A stretch of 32,000 nucleotides of DNA. Source: Vibrio cholerae ATCC 14035. Its GTDB lineage: Bacteria > Pseudomonadota > Gammaproteobacteria > Enterobacterales > Vibrionaceae. A program made the translations under genes and the position numbers. Each line of letters begins with the position of its first letter. The first letter of the stretch is position 1. The stretch spans positions 236,495 to 268,494 of the forward strand of contig NZ_JHXR01000004.1 of NCBI RefSeq assembly GCF_000621645.1, given 5' to 3'. The notes beneath the pieces were generated by a model, which was not told the origin of the DNA, did no database searches, and was given only the letters and a program-made list of their open reading frames with translations. Positions 1 to 9,239 of the stretch are shown piece after piece.

Positions 1-47
1 CGCCGTGAGTGAGTATCAAAAACAACAATTTCTTCTAGAGATAAGAG

Positions 48-78
48 AAGGCTTGCGATAGGATCGCCGGCCTTTTTT
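48..78 (+). terminator. Rho-independent terminator of a + strand gene that ends upstream of the window
   Basis: Outer stem AAGGC(48-52)/GCCTT(70-74), inner stem GCGAT(55-59)/ATCGC(63-67), AGG loop, followed by a T-run to 78. Confidence 0.6.
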
Positions 79-101
79 CGCTTAAGAGTAGGAGTGGGTA
101 G

Positions 102-1454
102 ATGTTTATTGGATTTGACTATGGTACGGCCAACTGCTCGGTAGCGAGCATGCAGGATGGCAGGCCTGTGCTGATCCCACTTGAAGGTGACAGCCTCTAT
201 ATTCCTTCGACACTCGCCGCGCCCACGCGTGAGTCGGTGTCTGAACATCTATTTCGCCATCGTCACATTGCCCCAGCGGATGCACTCGGTGAGCAACTTC
301 TGCGTCGTTCGGTGGCGTCTAATCGTGAAGAAGGCATTGATTTACAGTTTGCTGATGTGGTGTTTGGTCAGGCGGCGCTTGATCTCTATCTCTCCGATCC
401 CCATGAAGTGTATTACGTGAAATCGCCCAAATCCTTTTTGGGGGCGATGGGGTTACACGACATTCAACTGAGCTTTTTTGAAGATCTGGTGTGCGCCATG
501 ATGGCCAACATCAAAGCACAAGCAGAAGCTCACTCCGATGCAGTGATTCAGGATGCGGTGATTGGTCGTCCGGTCAATTTTCATGGTCGGGGCGGGGAGG
601 ACTCTAACCAGCAAGCGGAAAATATTTTGCGCCGTGCGGCCACTCGCGCTGGTTTTCGTCATCTTGAGTTTCAGTTTGAGCCTGTCGCTGCTGGGCTAGA
701 ATACGAAGCCACACTGACCGAAGACAAAACCGTGTTAGTAGTGGACATTGGCGGCGGTACCACCGACTGCTCACTTATTCAAATGGGGCCATCATGGCGC
801 GGCAAAGCGGATCGCACGCAAAGTCTGATTGCGCATACAGGTCAGCGCGTAGGCGGTAACGATCTCGATATTCATCTCGCTTTCAAAGCCCTGATGACGC
901 CCTTTGGTTTTGGCACTCAAACGCAAAGCGGGCTAGACATGCCGATCACCCAATTTTGGAATCCGATTGCGATTAACGATGTGAGTGCGCAAGCCAAATT
1001 CTTTTCCCGTGAAAATTTGGCCGATTTAAAACGCCTGCACAAAGAGGCGCGTGAGCCGGAAAAACTGGCGCGACTTCTGGCGGTCTATCACGATACTTTG
1101 GGTTACAGCCTTGTCAAAAAAGCCGAAGAGGCGAAGATTGCGCTCTCTGACACGGCGCGAGCGATTGCGCAAATCAAAGTGCTATCCGAACTGCTAGAAG
1201 TTGAAATTCAACGCGAAGCGATGATCGAAGCGATTGACGTGCCCAAGACCAAAATGATTGAGTTGGTGACAGAAGCGGTGACGCTCGGCGGCGTGACGCC
1301 GGATGTGATCTTTATGACCGGCGGTAGCGCGCGTTCACCGATTTTACGGGCTGGTGTTGAGCAAGCTCTGCCTAACGTGCCTATCGTCAGTGGTAACTAC
1401 TTTGGTTCGGTTACGGCGGGTCTGGCGCGCTGGGCACAGGTCTGTTTTCGCTGA
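102..1454 (+). CDS. yegD: Hsp70/actin-fold ATPase, YegD-like chaperone homologue
   Basis: 450-aa ORF. The N-terminus MFIGFDYGTANCSVA, the VVDIGGGTTDCS phosphate-2 motif and the C-terminal GSVTAGLARWA are nearly collinear with E. coli YegD as I recall it. Confidence 0.9.
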   Translation: MFIGFDYGTANCSVASMQDGRPVLIPLEGDSLYIPSTLAAPTRESVSEHLFRHRHIAPADALGEQLLRRSVASNREEGIDLQFADVVFGQAALDLYLSDPHEVYYVKSPKSFLGAMGLHDIQLSFFEDLVCAMMANIKAQAEAHSDAVIQDAVIGRPVNFHGRGGEDSNQQAENILRRAATRAGFRHLEFQFEPVAAGLEYEATLTEDKTVLVVDIGGGTTDCSLIQMGPSWRGKADRTQSLIAHTGQRVGGNDLDIHLAFKALMTPFGFGTQTQSGLDMPITQFWNPIAINDVSAQAKFFSRENLADLKRLHKEAREPEKLARLLAVYHDTLGYSLVKKAEEAKIALSDTARAIAQIKVLSELLEVEIQREAMIEAIDVPKTKMIELVTEAVTLGGVTPDVIFMTGGSARSPILRAGVEQALPNVPIVSGNYFGSVTAGLARWAQVCFR

Positions 1455-1461
1455 TCATCTT

Positions 1462-1487
1462 AAGCCTTCTTCGGAAGGCTTTTTTGT
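1462..1487 (+). terminator. Rho-independent terminator after yegD
   Basis: AAGCCTTC(1462-1469) TTCG loop GAAGGCTT(1474-1481), then a T-run. Confidence 0.75.
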
Positions 1488-1578
1488 GTGGCGAATTTAT
1501 TGAAAGCAAGGGGTTTGGCTATCTGCGCAGAATTGCGTAACATGGCGCATCTTTTCTATTGCTTGGTACGCAACAACC

Positions 1579-2595
1579 ATGACTAAGACTCGCATTCTGC
1601 TCTCTGATTCTACGGACCCTTGGTTTAACCTCGCCGTCGAAGACACGATTTTTCGTTCTATGCCCGCCGATCAGCGTGTGCTGTTTTTGTGGCGTAACGC
1701 CGATACCGTCGTGATTGGTCGTGCGCAAAACCCGTGGCGCGAATGCAAAACGGATCGTATGGAGCAGGACAAAGTGAAACTCGCACGTCGTCAGACTGGG
1801 GGCGGGGCAGTTTTCCATGATTTGGGCAATACCAACTTCACCTTTATGGCGGGTAAACCGGAGTACGATAAAGAGGTCTCAACCAAGATTGTGTTGGCGG
1901 GGCTGCAAAAGTTGGGGATTCATGGGGTCGCCAACGGGCGCAATGATCTGGTACTGGAAGATGAACAGGGTATTCGTAAGTTTTCCGGTTCTGCTTATCG
2001 CGAAACGCTGGATCGCGGATTTCACCACGGCACGCTGCTGCTGAGTGCCGATCTCAACCGTTTAGCCGATTACCTCAATCCCGATCTTAAAAAGCTGCAA
2101 GCGAAAGGCATAACCTCGGTGAAATCGCGAGTCATCAACCTCAACACGGTTAAAGCGGATATTGAGCACCAACAAGTGTGTGAAGCGATCATGCAAGCCT
2201 ATTGCGAACATTACCAACAGCAGGTTGAGCCTGAGTTGATCTCGCCGCAGTCGTTTTTTGATTTGCCGGGATTTGAGCAAAAATTCGCTCAGCAAAGCAG
2301 TTGGGATTGGAACTTCGGACAAACGCCACCTTTTACTCACCACATGGATGAACGATTTAGCTGGGGTGGCGTCGAGGTGTATCTTGAAGTTGAGCGCGGC
2401 ACGATTGTGCAAGCCACGATTTTCAGCGACATGCTGGACCCTTATCCGATGGAGCAATTGGCGCTGCGTTTAAGCGGGCTCACCTACAACAAAACGGCGC
2501 TTGAACCGTGCCTTGCCCAATTGATGCAGGAATTGCCACAATACCAATTGCCTCTAGAAGAGTTTCAGCGCTGGTTCATCGACCAGATTGATTGA
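1579..2595 (+). CDS. lplA: Lipoate-protein ligase A
   Basis: 338 aa. The segments [45 protein letters not shown] and [19 protein letters not shown] are collinear with E. coli LplA. Confidence 0.93.
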   Translation: MTKTRILLSDSTDPWFNLAVEDTIFRSMPADQRVLFLWRNADTVVIGRAQNPWRECKTDRMEQDKVKLARRQTGGGAVFHDLGNTNFTFMAGKPEYDKEVSTKIVLAGLQKLGIHGVANGRNDLVLEDEQGIRKFSGSAYRETLDRGFHHGTLLLSADLNRLADYLNPDLKKLQAKGITSVKSRVINLNTVKADIEHQQVCEAIMQAYCEHYQQQVEPELISPQSFFDLPGFEQKFAQQSSWDWNFGQTPPFTHHMDERFSWGGVEVYLEVERGTIVQATIFSDMLDPYPMEQLALRLSGLTYNKTALEPCLAQLMQELPQYQLPLEEFQRWFIDQID

Positions 2596-2830
2596 GCCTC
2601 ACCTGTACGTTTTTGTAACCGCGCTCCTGCTTATCATTTCCTATTCTCGATTCCCTCCTCACTCAGAGGAGGGGCTCACCAAGCGTATTCACAAAGTATG
2701 TTGCCCTGATTTCTTTCTTGTTCTCTTTTGCTCTCTCTTACGATTCCCAAATCATAACAAGCGGTGAGCCAATCAGACGCAACGTTCGTATATCTTCAAA
2801 TTGAATAACTGACGTGATACTCGGTGTAGG

Positions 2831-3010
2831 GTGACTTCGCATAAAAAAGCCTATTTGGCGCAGAAAATTTGTCCTGTCTGTCAGCGGCCTTTTGCTTGGC
2901 GTAAAAAATGGCAGCAGTGTTGGGATGAAGTCAAATATTGTTCGGAGCGCTGCCGGCGTCATCGTTCATCACAGTCGCTTGGTGCTGTTAAGGCTGATGC
3001 CAATAACTGA
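2831..3010 (+). CDS. Small zinc-ribbon protein, DUF2256-like (59 codons, absent from the ORF track because it is under 60 aa)
   Basis: A GTG at 2831 opens a frame that runs to TGA at 3008-3010. It translates as [59 protein letters not shown]. The CxxC...WRKKW...YCSERCRR pattern is the DUF2256 signature as I remember it. An in-frame TGA at 2810-2812 limits the upstream extent. Confidence 0.6.
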   Translation: MTSHKKAYLAQKICPVCQRPFAWRKKWQQCWDEVKYCSERCRRHRSSQSLGAVKADANN

Positions 3011-3905
3011 ATGCGACACGTGACCAGTGCGTCATGATGTAATCAATCAGGGCTTGAGTGCGCTCAGGTAAAAAACGGCGCTGCGGATGGAGCAGATACA
3101 CATCTGCGCCTTCAATTTCCCACTCGGGGAGCAGCTCGATGAGCTGACCGCTACGCAGGAGTGGCTCCATTAATCCTCTTGGTAAGCGGGCGATGCCCAT
3201 GCCTTGTAAGGTGGCTTGCACTATCGTGTCCAGCTCGTCGGAGCACAAACGCGCCGTCGGAATAAATTGCACTTTTTGCGCGACGCTGTGGTGATGAAAA
3301 ATCCACGGCAGCTTGTGGTTGAGACTGAGTAGGGGATGCTCTTTTAACTGCTCGGGATGCGCTAAGGTAAGCGTTACTGTGCTGAGTTTGGCAGCAAGCT
3401 CAGCACTGGCACAGAGTACGGAAGGGTTACGCGCCAGTTTACGCGCTACCCAGTCGGACTCCGGCTGTGGGCCAAAACGCAGCGCGATATCCAGATCCCG
3501 CTGGCTGAAATAGTCGAGCCCTGAGCCAACTTGCATGCGCAGTGTGACATTCGGATGCAGCTCGGCAAACTCCAGCGCCAAAGGGGTTAATTGGTGGCGC
3601 AGAGGTAACACGGGTGCACTTATCGCGATTTCGCCGCGGTAATCTCGTTTCGCTTGCTCGACCTCTTCTTGTTTGCGCTCAATTTGGGCAAACAGCTCGG
3701 CGTAGCTGTGAAATAGCTGTTCACCTTCTTTGGTCAGTACCAACTCTTTACTGTTGCGGATCAGCAAAATGCTGCCCGTATCTTGTTCAAGTTGCTGAAT
3801 ACGGCGGCTCAGCGTGCTGGTAGACATCGATTTCTGTTTCGCTGCTAAGGCAAAACTGCCACAACGCACCACGGTTAAAAACAGCGCCAAATCATCAAGT
3901 TTCAT
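2988..3905 (-). CDS. LysR-family transcriptional regulator
   Basis: N-terminal wHTH ([40 protein letters not shown]) plus a LysR substrate-binding domain. The ORF track starts at 3938. The ATG at 3905 (MKLDDL) gives the canonical LysR N-terminus. The gene is divergent from the MFS gene. Confidence 0.85.
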   Translation of the reverse strand: MKLDDLALFLTVVRCGSFALAAKQKSMSTSTLSRRIQQLEQDTGSILLIRNSKELVLTKEGEQLFHSYAELFAQIERKQEEVEQAKRDYRGEIAISAPVLPLRHQLTPLALEFAELHPNVTLRMQVGSGLDYFSQRDLDIALRFGPQPESDWVARKLARNPSVLCASAELAAKLSTVTLTLAHPEQLKEHPLLSLNHKLPWIFHHHSVAQKVQFIPTARLCSDELDTIVQATLQGMGIARLPRGLMEPLLRSGQLIELLPEWEIEGADVYLLHPQRRFLPERTQALIDYIMTHWSRVAFSYWHQP

Positions 3906-3941
3906 CGGTAATCCCATTTTTGCAATTTCGCGTCCCATTCT

Positions 3942-3956
3942 ATCCTATTTTCGGAT
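3942..3956. promoter_or_regulatory. Candidate LysR-type T-N11-A box in the LysR/MFS divergent intergenic region
   Basis: ATCCTATTTTCGGAT is an ATCC-N7-GGAT dyad containing T-N11-A. It lies between the two divergent start codons. Confidence 0.35.
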
Positions 3957-4024
3957 GGCTGTGATTTGGTTATCTTGTGCCACAGCAAATCCATTCCCTT
4001 TGACTTTATCTTGAAAGAGAGCTC

Positions 4025-5431
4025 ATGCATTTTGATCCTATTCCCGCTGCCGATGCCCCTCATCCGCGAATTATTTTTGCTAGCGTTGCGCTAGTGATTG
4101 CCCTTGGTTCACTAGAAAAAAGCATAGTGACCACACCGCTGGCCTTGATTGGGCAAGATCTCTCGGCGGGAACCGCCTTAACTTGGGTGATCACCGCCTA
4201 CTTACTCGCCGCCACAGCCGTATTGCCTGTGTATGGCAAATTGAGCGATCTGTTTGGGCGTGTACGCATGCTCAATATCAGCATCGGTATTTTTATTGTT
4301 GGCTCAGCGATGTGTACCTTTGCCGTTGACTTACCAACCCTGATTGGGGCGCGAGTGGTGCAGGGAATTGGCGGCGGTGGTTTGATTGCTTTGGCGTTCA
4401 CCGTGATTGCTGATTCCATTCCGGCGCGTGAAGTCGGCAAATACCAAGGCTATATTTCGGCGGTGTATGCGGTTTCCAGTGTCGCTGGCCCCTTGCTTGG
4501 CGGCTATTTTGCCGATCACCTCAGTTGGCGCTGGGTGTTTGGCATTAATTTACCGCTGGGAATGGTGGCTCTGTATATGGTCAACCGCCATCTCAGACAC
4601 CTTAACCAAAAACGTCACAGTCGATTTGACTGGCTGGGCGCTGGGCTTTTAATGCTCACCACAACTTTGCTGCTGCTTCAGCTTTCCTCACACTCCTTTT
4701 TGCCTGCGGGGTGGGGAGCTTTTGCTCTGTTACTCTGCTTGGTGCTGTTAATCCTTGTGGAAAGACAGGTGAGTGACCCGATTTTGCCTGCGCGTTTGGC
4801 ACGCTTACCCAGTTACCTGACCGCGATTGGTCTAATCATGGCCTCACAAATGTTGATGTTCGCGCTTTTGGTTTATATGCCGCTGCAATTGCAGTGGCAG
4901 AAAGGCTTTTCACCGTCGCAAAGTGGCACCGTGATGGTGATTTTCATGTTCAGTATCACCACCGGAGCTTATCTTGGTGGCAAATGGGTGGCTCGCTCAG
5001 GGCGATATAAAGCGCTGGTGGTGAGCGGTTTTCTGCTTGCTGCCGTCGCCATCTGGCAGATTCACTACGATTTGTGGGTTCATCTCTCGCTAGGTATTGG
5101 CGGCCTTGGGCTTGGTTTCACTCTGCCTTCTCTTAATGTGGTGGTACAGAGTGTGTTGCCTGCCCGTGATAGGGGTATTGGCATGTCACTGTTTAACTTT
5201 GGTCGTGAGCTTGGCGGCGCACTCGGGGTGGCGTTCTGTTCTGCGCTGTTTTATCTGCGTGTGCCGCAAAGTGTCACGGTAAGTGAGCATGGCAGCCAAG
5301 CCTCATCAGTAACGCCTGATGTGCTCGCCCAAGGTTTTAGTTTGGTGTACATCGGCATGAGTGCGTTGGCGGTTGTGGCGATGATACTGACCGCTTGGCG
5401 TTTACGTAAAGATGCGCTGAAAGGGCACTAG
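4025..5431 (+). CDS. MFS transporter (drug:H+ antiporter-like, multi-TMS)
   Basis: 468 aa and highly hydrophobic. It carries the MFS motif-A-like [12 protein letters not shown] after TMS2. Substrate unknown. Confidence 0.85.
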   Translation: MHFDPIPAADAPHPRIIFASVALVIALGSLEKSIVTTPLALIGQDLSAGTALTWVITAYLLAATAVLPVYGKLSDLFGRVRMLNISIGIFIVGSAMCTFAVDLPTLIGARVVQGIGGGGLIALAFTVIADSIPAREVGKYQGYISAVYAVSSVAGPLLGGYFADHLSWRWVFGINLPLGMVALYMVNRHLRHLNQKRHSRFDWLGAGLLMLTTTLLLLQLSSHSFLPAGWGAFALLLCLVLLILVERQVSDPILPARLARLPSYLTAIGLIMASQMLMFALLVYMPLQLQWQKGFSPSQSGTVMVIFMFSITTGAYLGGKWVARSGRYKALVVSGFLLAAVAIWQIHYDLWVHLSLGIGGLGLGFTLPSLNVVVQSVLPARDRGIGMSLFNFGRELGGALGVAFCSALFYLRVPQSVTVSEHGSQASSVTPDVLAQGFSLVYIGMSALAVVAMILTAWRLRKDALKGH

Positions 5432-5446
5432 CCTCTCTCTGTGTTC

Positions 5447-5526
5447 AATAGAAAATAAGGTGATAAATAGAAAACTCGGTAATAGGCAGAAAGTGAGGTA
5501 ATAGAAAGAGAAGCGATAGATAGAAC
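5447..5526. repeat. Degenerate purine-rich tandem repeat (about 4-5 units, roughly 17-19 bp period, core AATAGAAA)
   Basis: AATAGAAAA at 5447-5455 and 5466-5474, AATAGGCAGAAAG at 5481-5493, AATAGAAAG at 5500-5508, GATAGATAGAAC at 5515-5526. Several cores are preceded by GGTGA, CGGT or AGGT. Confidence 0.45.
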
Positions 5527-5533
5527 ACGGGAG

Positions 5534-5558
5534 CGATCTTTTCCTCTTCTGTCGCGTA
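5534..5558 (+). promoter_or_regulatory. Candidate ECF-sigma-type promoter upstream of the cryptochrome gene
   Basis: CGATCT(5534-5539)-N15-CGTA(5555-5558). The predicted TSS is about 5565, followed by the SD-like AAGGAAAG and the ATG at 5587. It resembles the GATC...CGTA pattern I recall for ChrR-controlled sigmaE promoters. The motif carries little information. Confidence 0.3.
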
Positions 5559-5586
5559 CAAACGGCAGAGAAAACAAGGAAAGAGT

Positions 5587-7101
5587 ATGGAAAAGATCAA
5601 TCTGGTGTGGCTCAAGCGTGACCTAAGGCTGACCGATCACGCGCCATTACAAGCGGCGTTAACTTCGGGGCGACCGACGTTACTACTCTATCTGTTTGAG
5701 CCAATGCTGCTTGGCGATGCGCATTACAGCGAACGACACTGGCGCTTTGTGTGGCAATCATTGCAAGCCATCAATCGTGATTTGGCGCAGAGCAAAGGGG
5801 AGGTGTTGATCGTCACATCCGATTGGCAAACCTGCTTTGCACGTATTGCTGAGCGCTACGCCATTGAGGCGATTTATTCTCATCAAGAAGTCGGTTTAGC
5901 CTGCACTTTTCAGCGCGATCTTGCGCTGGCACAGTGGTGCCAGCAACACGACATCGTCTGGCATGAATTTCCTTATGCTGCCGTGATCCGCGGGGCGCAA
6001 ACCCGAAAAAATTGGGATGAACATTGGCAGCAAGTAATGCGCTCCCCTTGCTGCGATCCTGATTTAACACGCGCCAATTGGCTGAAGCTGGATGCCGCAA
6101 CGCTTGGTTTGCGCAGCGATATCCCTGCCACATGGCAGAGTAAACAAGCGGGCATGCAAACTGGTGGCAGTGATATGGCGTGGGCGACGCTGGAGGATTT
6201 TTTCGTGCGTCGAGGGCGAGAGTATTACCGCTCCATCTCAAGTCCGAGCTTAGCGCGCCACGCGTGCTCGCGGATGTCGCCTTATCTTGCGTGGGGAAAT
6301 ATCTCACTGCGGGAGATGTATCAAACTTTGCTCAAACACTGGTCGGTAGCGGGATTTCGCCGCAGCCTGATTGCGCTTTCATCACGTCTGCATTGGCACT
6401 GTCACTTTATCCAAAAATTTGAATCAGAATGTGAGATGGAGTTTCGCTGCGTCAACCGCGCTTATGATTCACTCTTACAGCAATCAAGCGATGCCCCCGC
6501 CGCGCAGTTAGCGGCTTGGCAAACTGGGCACACCGGCATTCCACTGGTCGATGCCTGTATGCGTTGCTTAATTCAAACCGGATACCTCAATTTTCGCATG
6601 CGCGCGATGTTGGTGAGCGTGTTAACTCATCATATGAATGTGGATTGGCGAGCGGGCGTGACTTATTTGGCGCAACTGTTCCTCGATTTTGAACCGGGCA
6701 TTCATTATCCGCAGTTTCAAATGCAAGCAGGGGTCACGGGTACCAATACTATCCGCATTTATAACCCGACCAAGCAAGCACAAGAGCATGACAGCGAAGG
6801 GCAGTTTATTCACAAATGGGTGCCAGAGTTGGCGCAAGTGCCTGTACCGCTGCTCTTTGAACCCTGGCTGATGACACCGCTTGAAGCGCAGATGTATCAA
6901 GTACCGCTTGAGAGCCCTTACCTCAAGCCGGTGATGGATTTGGAAGCCAGTGCCAAGCAAGCACGGGATCGCTTATGGCAGTGGCAGAAACTGCCTGCGG
7001 TACAAGCCGAAGCGATGCGTATCCTCGCGCGCCATGTGCGGCAAGCTAAACCGAGAACTTCGCCGCGCCAACCCAACAAGCGTCAACCGGAGATGGATTA
7101 A
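5587..7101 (+). CDS. Cryptochrome/photolyase-family flavoprotein (CRY-DASH-like or photolyase-related)
   Basis: 504 aa. N-terminal photolyase alpha/beta domain ([16 protein letters not shown]) and C-terminal FAD-binding domain ([45 protein letters not shown]). Confidence 0.85.
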   Translation: MEKINLVWLKRDLRLTDHAPLQAALTSGRPTLLLYLFEPMLLGDAHYSERHWRFVWQSLQAINRDLAQSKGEVLIVTSDWQTCFARIAERYAIEAIYSHQEVGLACTFQRDLALAQWCQQHDIVWHEFPYAAVIRGAQTRKNWDEHWQQVMRSPCCDPDLTRANWLKLDAATLGLRSDIPATWQSKQAGMQTGGSDMAWATLEDFFVRRGREYYRSISSPSLARHACSRMSPYLAWGNISLREMYQTLLKHWSVAGFRRSLIALSSRLHWHCHFIQKFESECEMEFRCVNRAYDSLLQQSSDAPAAQLAAWQTGHTGIPLVDACMRCLIQTGYLNFRMRAMLVSVLTHHMNVDWRAGVTYLAQLFLDFEPGIHYPQFQMQAGVTGTNTIRIYNPTKQAQEHDSEGQFIHKWVPELAQVPVPLLFEPWLMTPLEAQMYQVPLESPYLKPVMDLEASAKQARDRLWQWQKLPAVQAEAMRILARHVRQAKPRTSPRQPNKRQPEMD

Positions 7102-7184
7102 CACGGCTTTGCGAGTTTTGCATCGCGCCAAGCCAAGCTAGCCAAGACCCGTAAGCTTTGCTAGTCTTAGCGGCACATCAGGAA

Positions 7185-7229
7185 GTGAGGACGACCTCAC
7201 CGCTCCATCTTTTCTTCGGGGACGACCCC
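7185..7229 (+). promoter_or_regulatory. Guanidine-II (mini-ykkC) riboswitch
   Basis: Two tandem GC-rich hairpins, each closed by an ACGA (ACGR) tetraloop. They are GTGAGG-ACGA-CCTCAC (7185-7200) and GGGG-ACGA-CCCC (7218-7229), separated by a 17-nt linker. The element sits immediately upstream of the SD (GAGGTG 7236-7241) and ATG (7247) of sugE/gdx, which is the canonical genomic context. Confidence 0.8.
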
Positions 7230-7246
7230 ATATATGAGGTGTATAT

Positions 7247-7561
7247 ATGGCGTGGTTAATCCTCTTTCTCGCCGGTATTTGTGAAATCGCTTGGGCTATT
7301 GGCCTCAAATACAGTGAAGGTTTTAGCAAACCGCTGGCTTCTGTCGCTACCTTATCGGCGCTGGTCATTAGTTTTGTGTTACTCGGGATCGCGTTGCGCA
7401 CTCTGCCTCTTGGCGTGGCTTACGGCATTTGGGTGGGAATTGGCGCAGTAGGAACGGCACTGGCTGCCGCATTTTTGTTTGGCGAAACCTTAACCTTGAT
7501 TAAGCTGTTCAGTTTATTTCTGATCATCGCGGGTATTGCTGGACTCAAAATGAGTGCTTAA
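7247..7561 (+). CDS. sugE: SMR-family guanidinium exporter (SugE/Gdx)
   Basis: 104 aa with 4 TMS. MAWLILFLAGICEIAWAIGLKYSEGF contains the conserved membrane Glu and is collinear with E. coli SugE. Confidence 0.9.
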   Translation: MAWLILFLAGICEIAWAIGLKYSEGFSKPLASVATLSALVISFVLLGIALRTLPLGVAYGIWVGIGAVGTALAAAFLFGETLTLIKLFSLFLIIAGIAGLKMSA

Positions 7562-7580
7562 CGGCAGAAGTTAGTATAAA

Positions 7581-7607
7581 GCCAGAGCCGTGAGTTTCGG
7601 CTCTGGC
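7581..7607. terminator. Hairpin between convergent sugE (+) and the last chemosensory-operon gene (-)
   Basis: Perfect 10-bp stem GCCAGAGCCG(7581-7590)/CGGCTCTGGC(7598-7607) with a 7-nt loop. The flanking U-tracts are weak (TTTA only on the minus-strand side). Confidence 0.5.
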
Positions 7608-7615
7608 TAGTTAGG

Positions 7616-8851
7616 CTAGAACAGCTCAATTTTCGGTAATGGATTTGAAGTGGATAACGTCGATTGCTTTGTGCTGTTCATATCTGAATCGCGATAGTTA
7701 CAGTGTCTTTCAAAGTCGTGCCTATACTCCAATGACAGGCGGCGCAGGGTTTCTGTGTATTCTAGTTCCCGATGGCGCAGATCATTGAGGCGCATACCGT
7801 TAAAGACATCACCCACCAATAAGTGTTTTTCACGCATTAAAGCTTCGATGCTATCGAGCTTTTGACGGACGATGTCTTGGAACTGAGTACAGGCCATACT
7901 ACCGCTGATATTTTTCTCAAGATCATTGTTGTACAACATGATTTGGGTGATTTGTCGTTCGCTTAATTCACGAACAGAAGAGAAACTTTGTCTTAAGCTT
8001 TGTACGGACTCAATCATCATATCAGCTTTGATGTTTTGCTCGCTGCTCTCTTTATTGGCGACTTCAAAACGTTGAGTCACTTCTGCACGAAGGCTTTCTA
8101 TTTCTTCGCTAATTTGTGAGGCTGCCTCACCAGCTCTCTGAGCAAGATGTCGCACTTCATCTGCGACAACAGCAAAGCCACGTCCCATTTCACCACTGCG
8201 AGCTGCTTCGATAGCGGCATTCAAGGCGAGTAGATTGGTCTCATTAGCAATTTTTGAAATGACTTCGGTGATCTCGTTAAGTCCCATGACTCGGTTTAAT
8301 ACATCATTAACCTGTTTGCGCTCGGTTTGGATATTGCTCATCAGGCTGCGAGTACTATCGGCTAGATTTGAGATAACTAAGGTGTGTTCATCTAAGCTCG
8401 ATACCATATTTTGTGAATCGAACTCCATGTCTTTGAGGTAGTGAGTAAAATTAGCGGCTGCGTGATCCAATGAGCAAATGTGATTGAGAATATCCTCAGT
8501 GGCTTTTTGTGCATCAGAATTTACGTTCTCAATATGATCCGCGACTAAGCCATTGAGATCGCGATATTCATCGATCCAATCGCAAATGGCAGAAACGGTT
8601 TCTTTTTGTTTCATGGTTTCTTGTTCATGGATTTGTTGTAGGAAACGCACAAAAAGATTGCCCTGAGAGAAAACCAAAGCGGTCATCGTTAAGATAAGTG
8701 CGGTTATCGCAAACGGTAGATAAAACCATTGCGGAGTCCAGTATCGAACCAGTTCTAAGCCCAACAGAAGCACTGTGCAGCTTAGAGTGATAGTGAAGAA
8801 AAGATAGCGTTTTTTATTATTCTCTAGCCGTTCAAATAGGTAACGAATCAT
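7616..8851 (-). CDS. Methyl-accepting chemotaxis protein with an N-terminal membrane hairpin and no periplasmic sensor domain
   Basis: 411 aa. Two adjacent hydrophobic helices (aa ~16-35 and ~43-62) are separated by only RYWTPQW. Signalling tip: [32 protein letters not shown]. Confidence 0.9.
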   Translation of the reverse strand: MIRYLFERLENNKKRYLFFTITLSCTVLLLGLELVRYWTPQWFYLPFAITALILTMTALVFSQGNLFVRFLQQIHEQETMKQKETVSAICDWIDEYRDLNGLVADHIENVNSDAQKATEDILNHICSLDHAAANFTHYLKDMEFDSQNMVSSLDEHTLVISNLADSTRSLMSNIQTERKQVNDVLNRVMGLNEITEVISKIANETNLLALNAAIEAARSGEMGRGFAVVADEVRHLAQRAGEAASQISEEIESLRAEVTQRFEVANKESSEQNIKADMMIESVQSLRQSFSSVRELSERQITQIMLYNNDLEKNISGSMACTQFQDIVRQKLDSIEALMREKHLLVGDVFNGMRLNDLRHRELEYTETLRRLSLEYRHDFERHCNYRDSDMNSTKQSTLSTSNPLPKIELF

Positions 8852-8858
8852 AACGACC

Positions 8859-9239
8859 TCACGAAATACTACCTGGGAGAACTTGTTGAATCACGGCTTT
8901 CAATTGATCTCCCGTTACGGGCTTAACTAAATAACCTGTTGCACCTTTGGCGCGAGCCTCATTGCGTTTGGCTTGTTCTTGTTCTGTAGTGAGCACTAAA
9001 ATTGGGGTAAAGCGATATGAAGCAATCGCACGAATTTTGCTAATCAACTCAATACCATCCATACGAGGCATATTGATGTCGGTAATGATGAGGTTGACTT
9101 TTAGACCACCTTTGAGTCGAGTTTCTGCTTCAACGCCATCTTTTGCTTTCTCGACTTGGAAACCCAGTTTAGAGAGCATGGCATCGACACTCATAAGAAC
9201 AGTACTAGAGTCATCAACAATCAGAATGCTTTTAGACAT
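8859..9239 (-). CDS. cheY: CheY-like single-domain response regulator
   Basis: Receiver-domain motifs [15 protein letters not shown](RMDG), LTT and KP. The ORF track starts at 9302. The ATG at 9239 ([10 protein letters not shown]) gives the canonical length of 126 aa. Confidence 0.85.
   Translation of the reverse strand: MSKSILIVDDSSTVLMSVDAMLSKLGFQVEKAKDGVEAETRLKGGLKVNLIITDINMPRMDGIELISKIRAIASYRFTPILVLTTEQEQAKRNEARAKGATGYLVKPVTGDQLKAVIQQVLPGSIS

Noticed and set aside
2653-2673. Perfect 8-bp hairpin CCCTCCTC-ACTCA-GAGGAGGG downstream of lplA, considered as its terminator.
   Set aside because: No U-tract follows on either strand. It may still be a processing or Rho-related element, but I cannot support an intrinsic-terminator call.
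2738-2962. 74-aa minus-strand ORF from the track ([12 protein letters not shown]...).
   Set aside because: It is antisense to the + strand frame carrying the CxxC/WRKKW/YCSERCR zinc-ribbon signature. Its own product is compositionally odd and has no recognisable motif. It is most likely a shadow ORF.
5813-6307. 164-aa antisense ORF inside the cryptochrome gene. This represents many similar track entries: 181-420, 453-662, 1519-1818, 2062-2457, 6622-6960, 8947-9279, 9726-10067, 16808-17248, 22171-22479, 25867-26187, 26902-27315, 27631-27984, 28646-28963 and 31372-31716.
   Set aside because: All lie within or antisense to CDSs with clear family motifs. Their products are Arg/Ser/Cys-rich or low-complexity, as expected for shadow frames.
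5587-7101. Possibility that the photolyase-family protein is an FeS-cluster (6-4) photolyase (FeS-BCP type), prompted by the CMRC pair in ...[13 protein letters not shown]....
   Set aside because: I could not find the additional Cys residues at the spacing I recall for the four-Cys cluster. The residue about 13 positions after the second Cys is not Cys. Subfamily assignment needs a phylogeny, so I call it only cryptochrome/photolyase family.
7138-7401. 87-aa minus-strand ORF overlapping the riboswitch and the 5' half of sugE.
   Set aside because: It is antisense to a confidently identified SMR gene and to a structured leader, and has no motif. Treated as a shadow ORF.
7616-7640. C-terminal ...PKIELF of the sensor-less MCP, considered as a CheR/CheB-tethering pentapeptide.
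   Set aside because: It lacks the conserved Trp of the NWETF-type (xWxxF) motif. None of the five MCPs in the window ends in such a pentapeptide.
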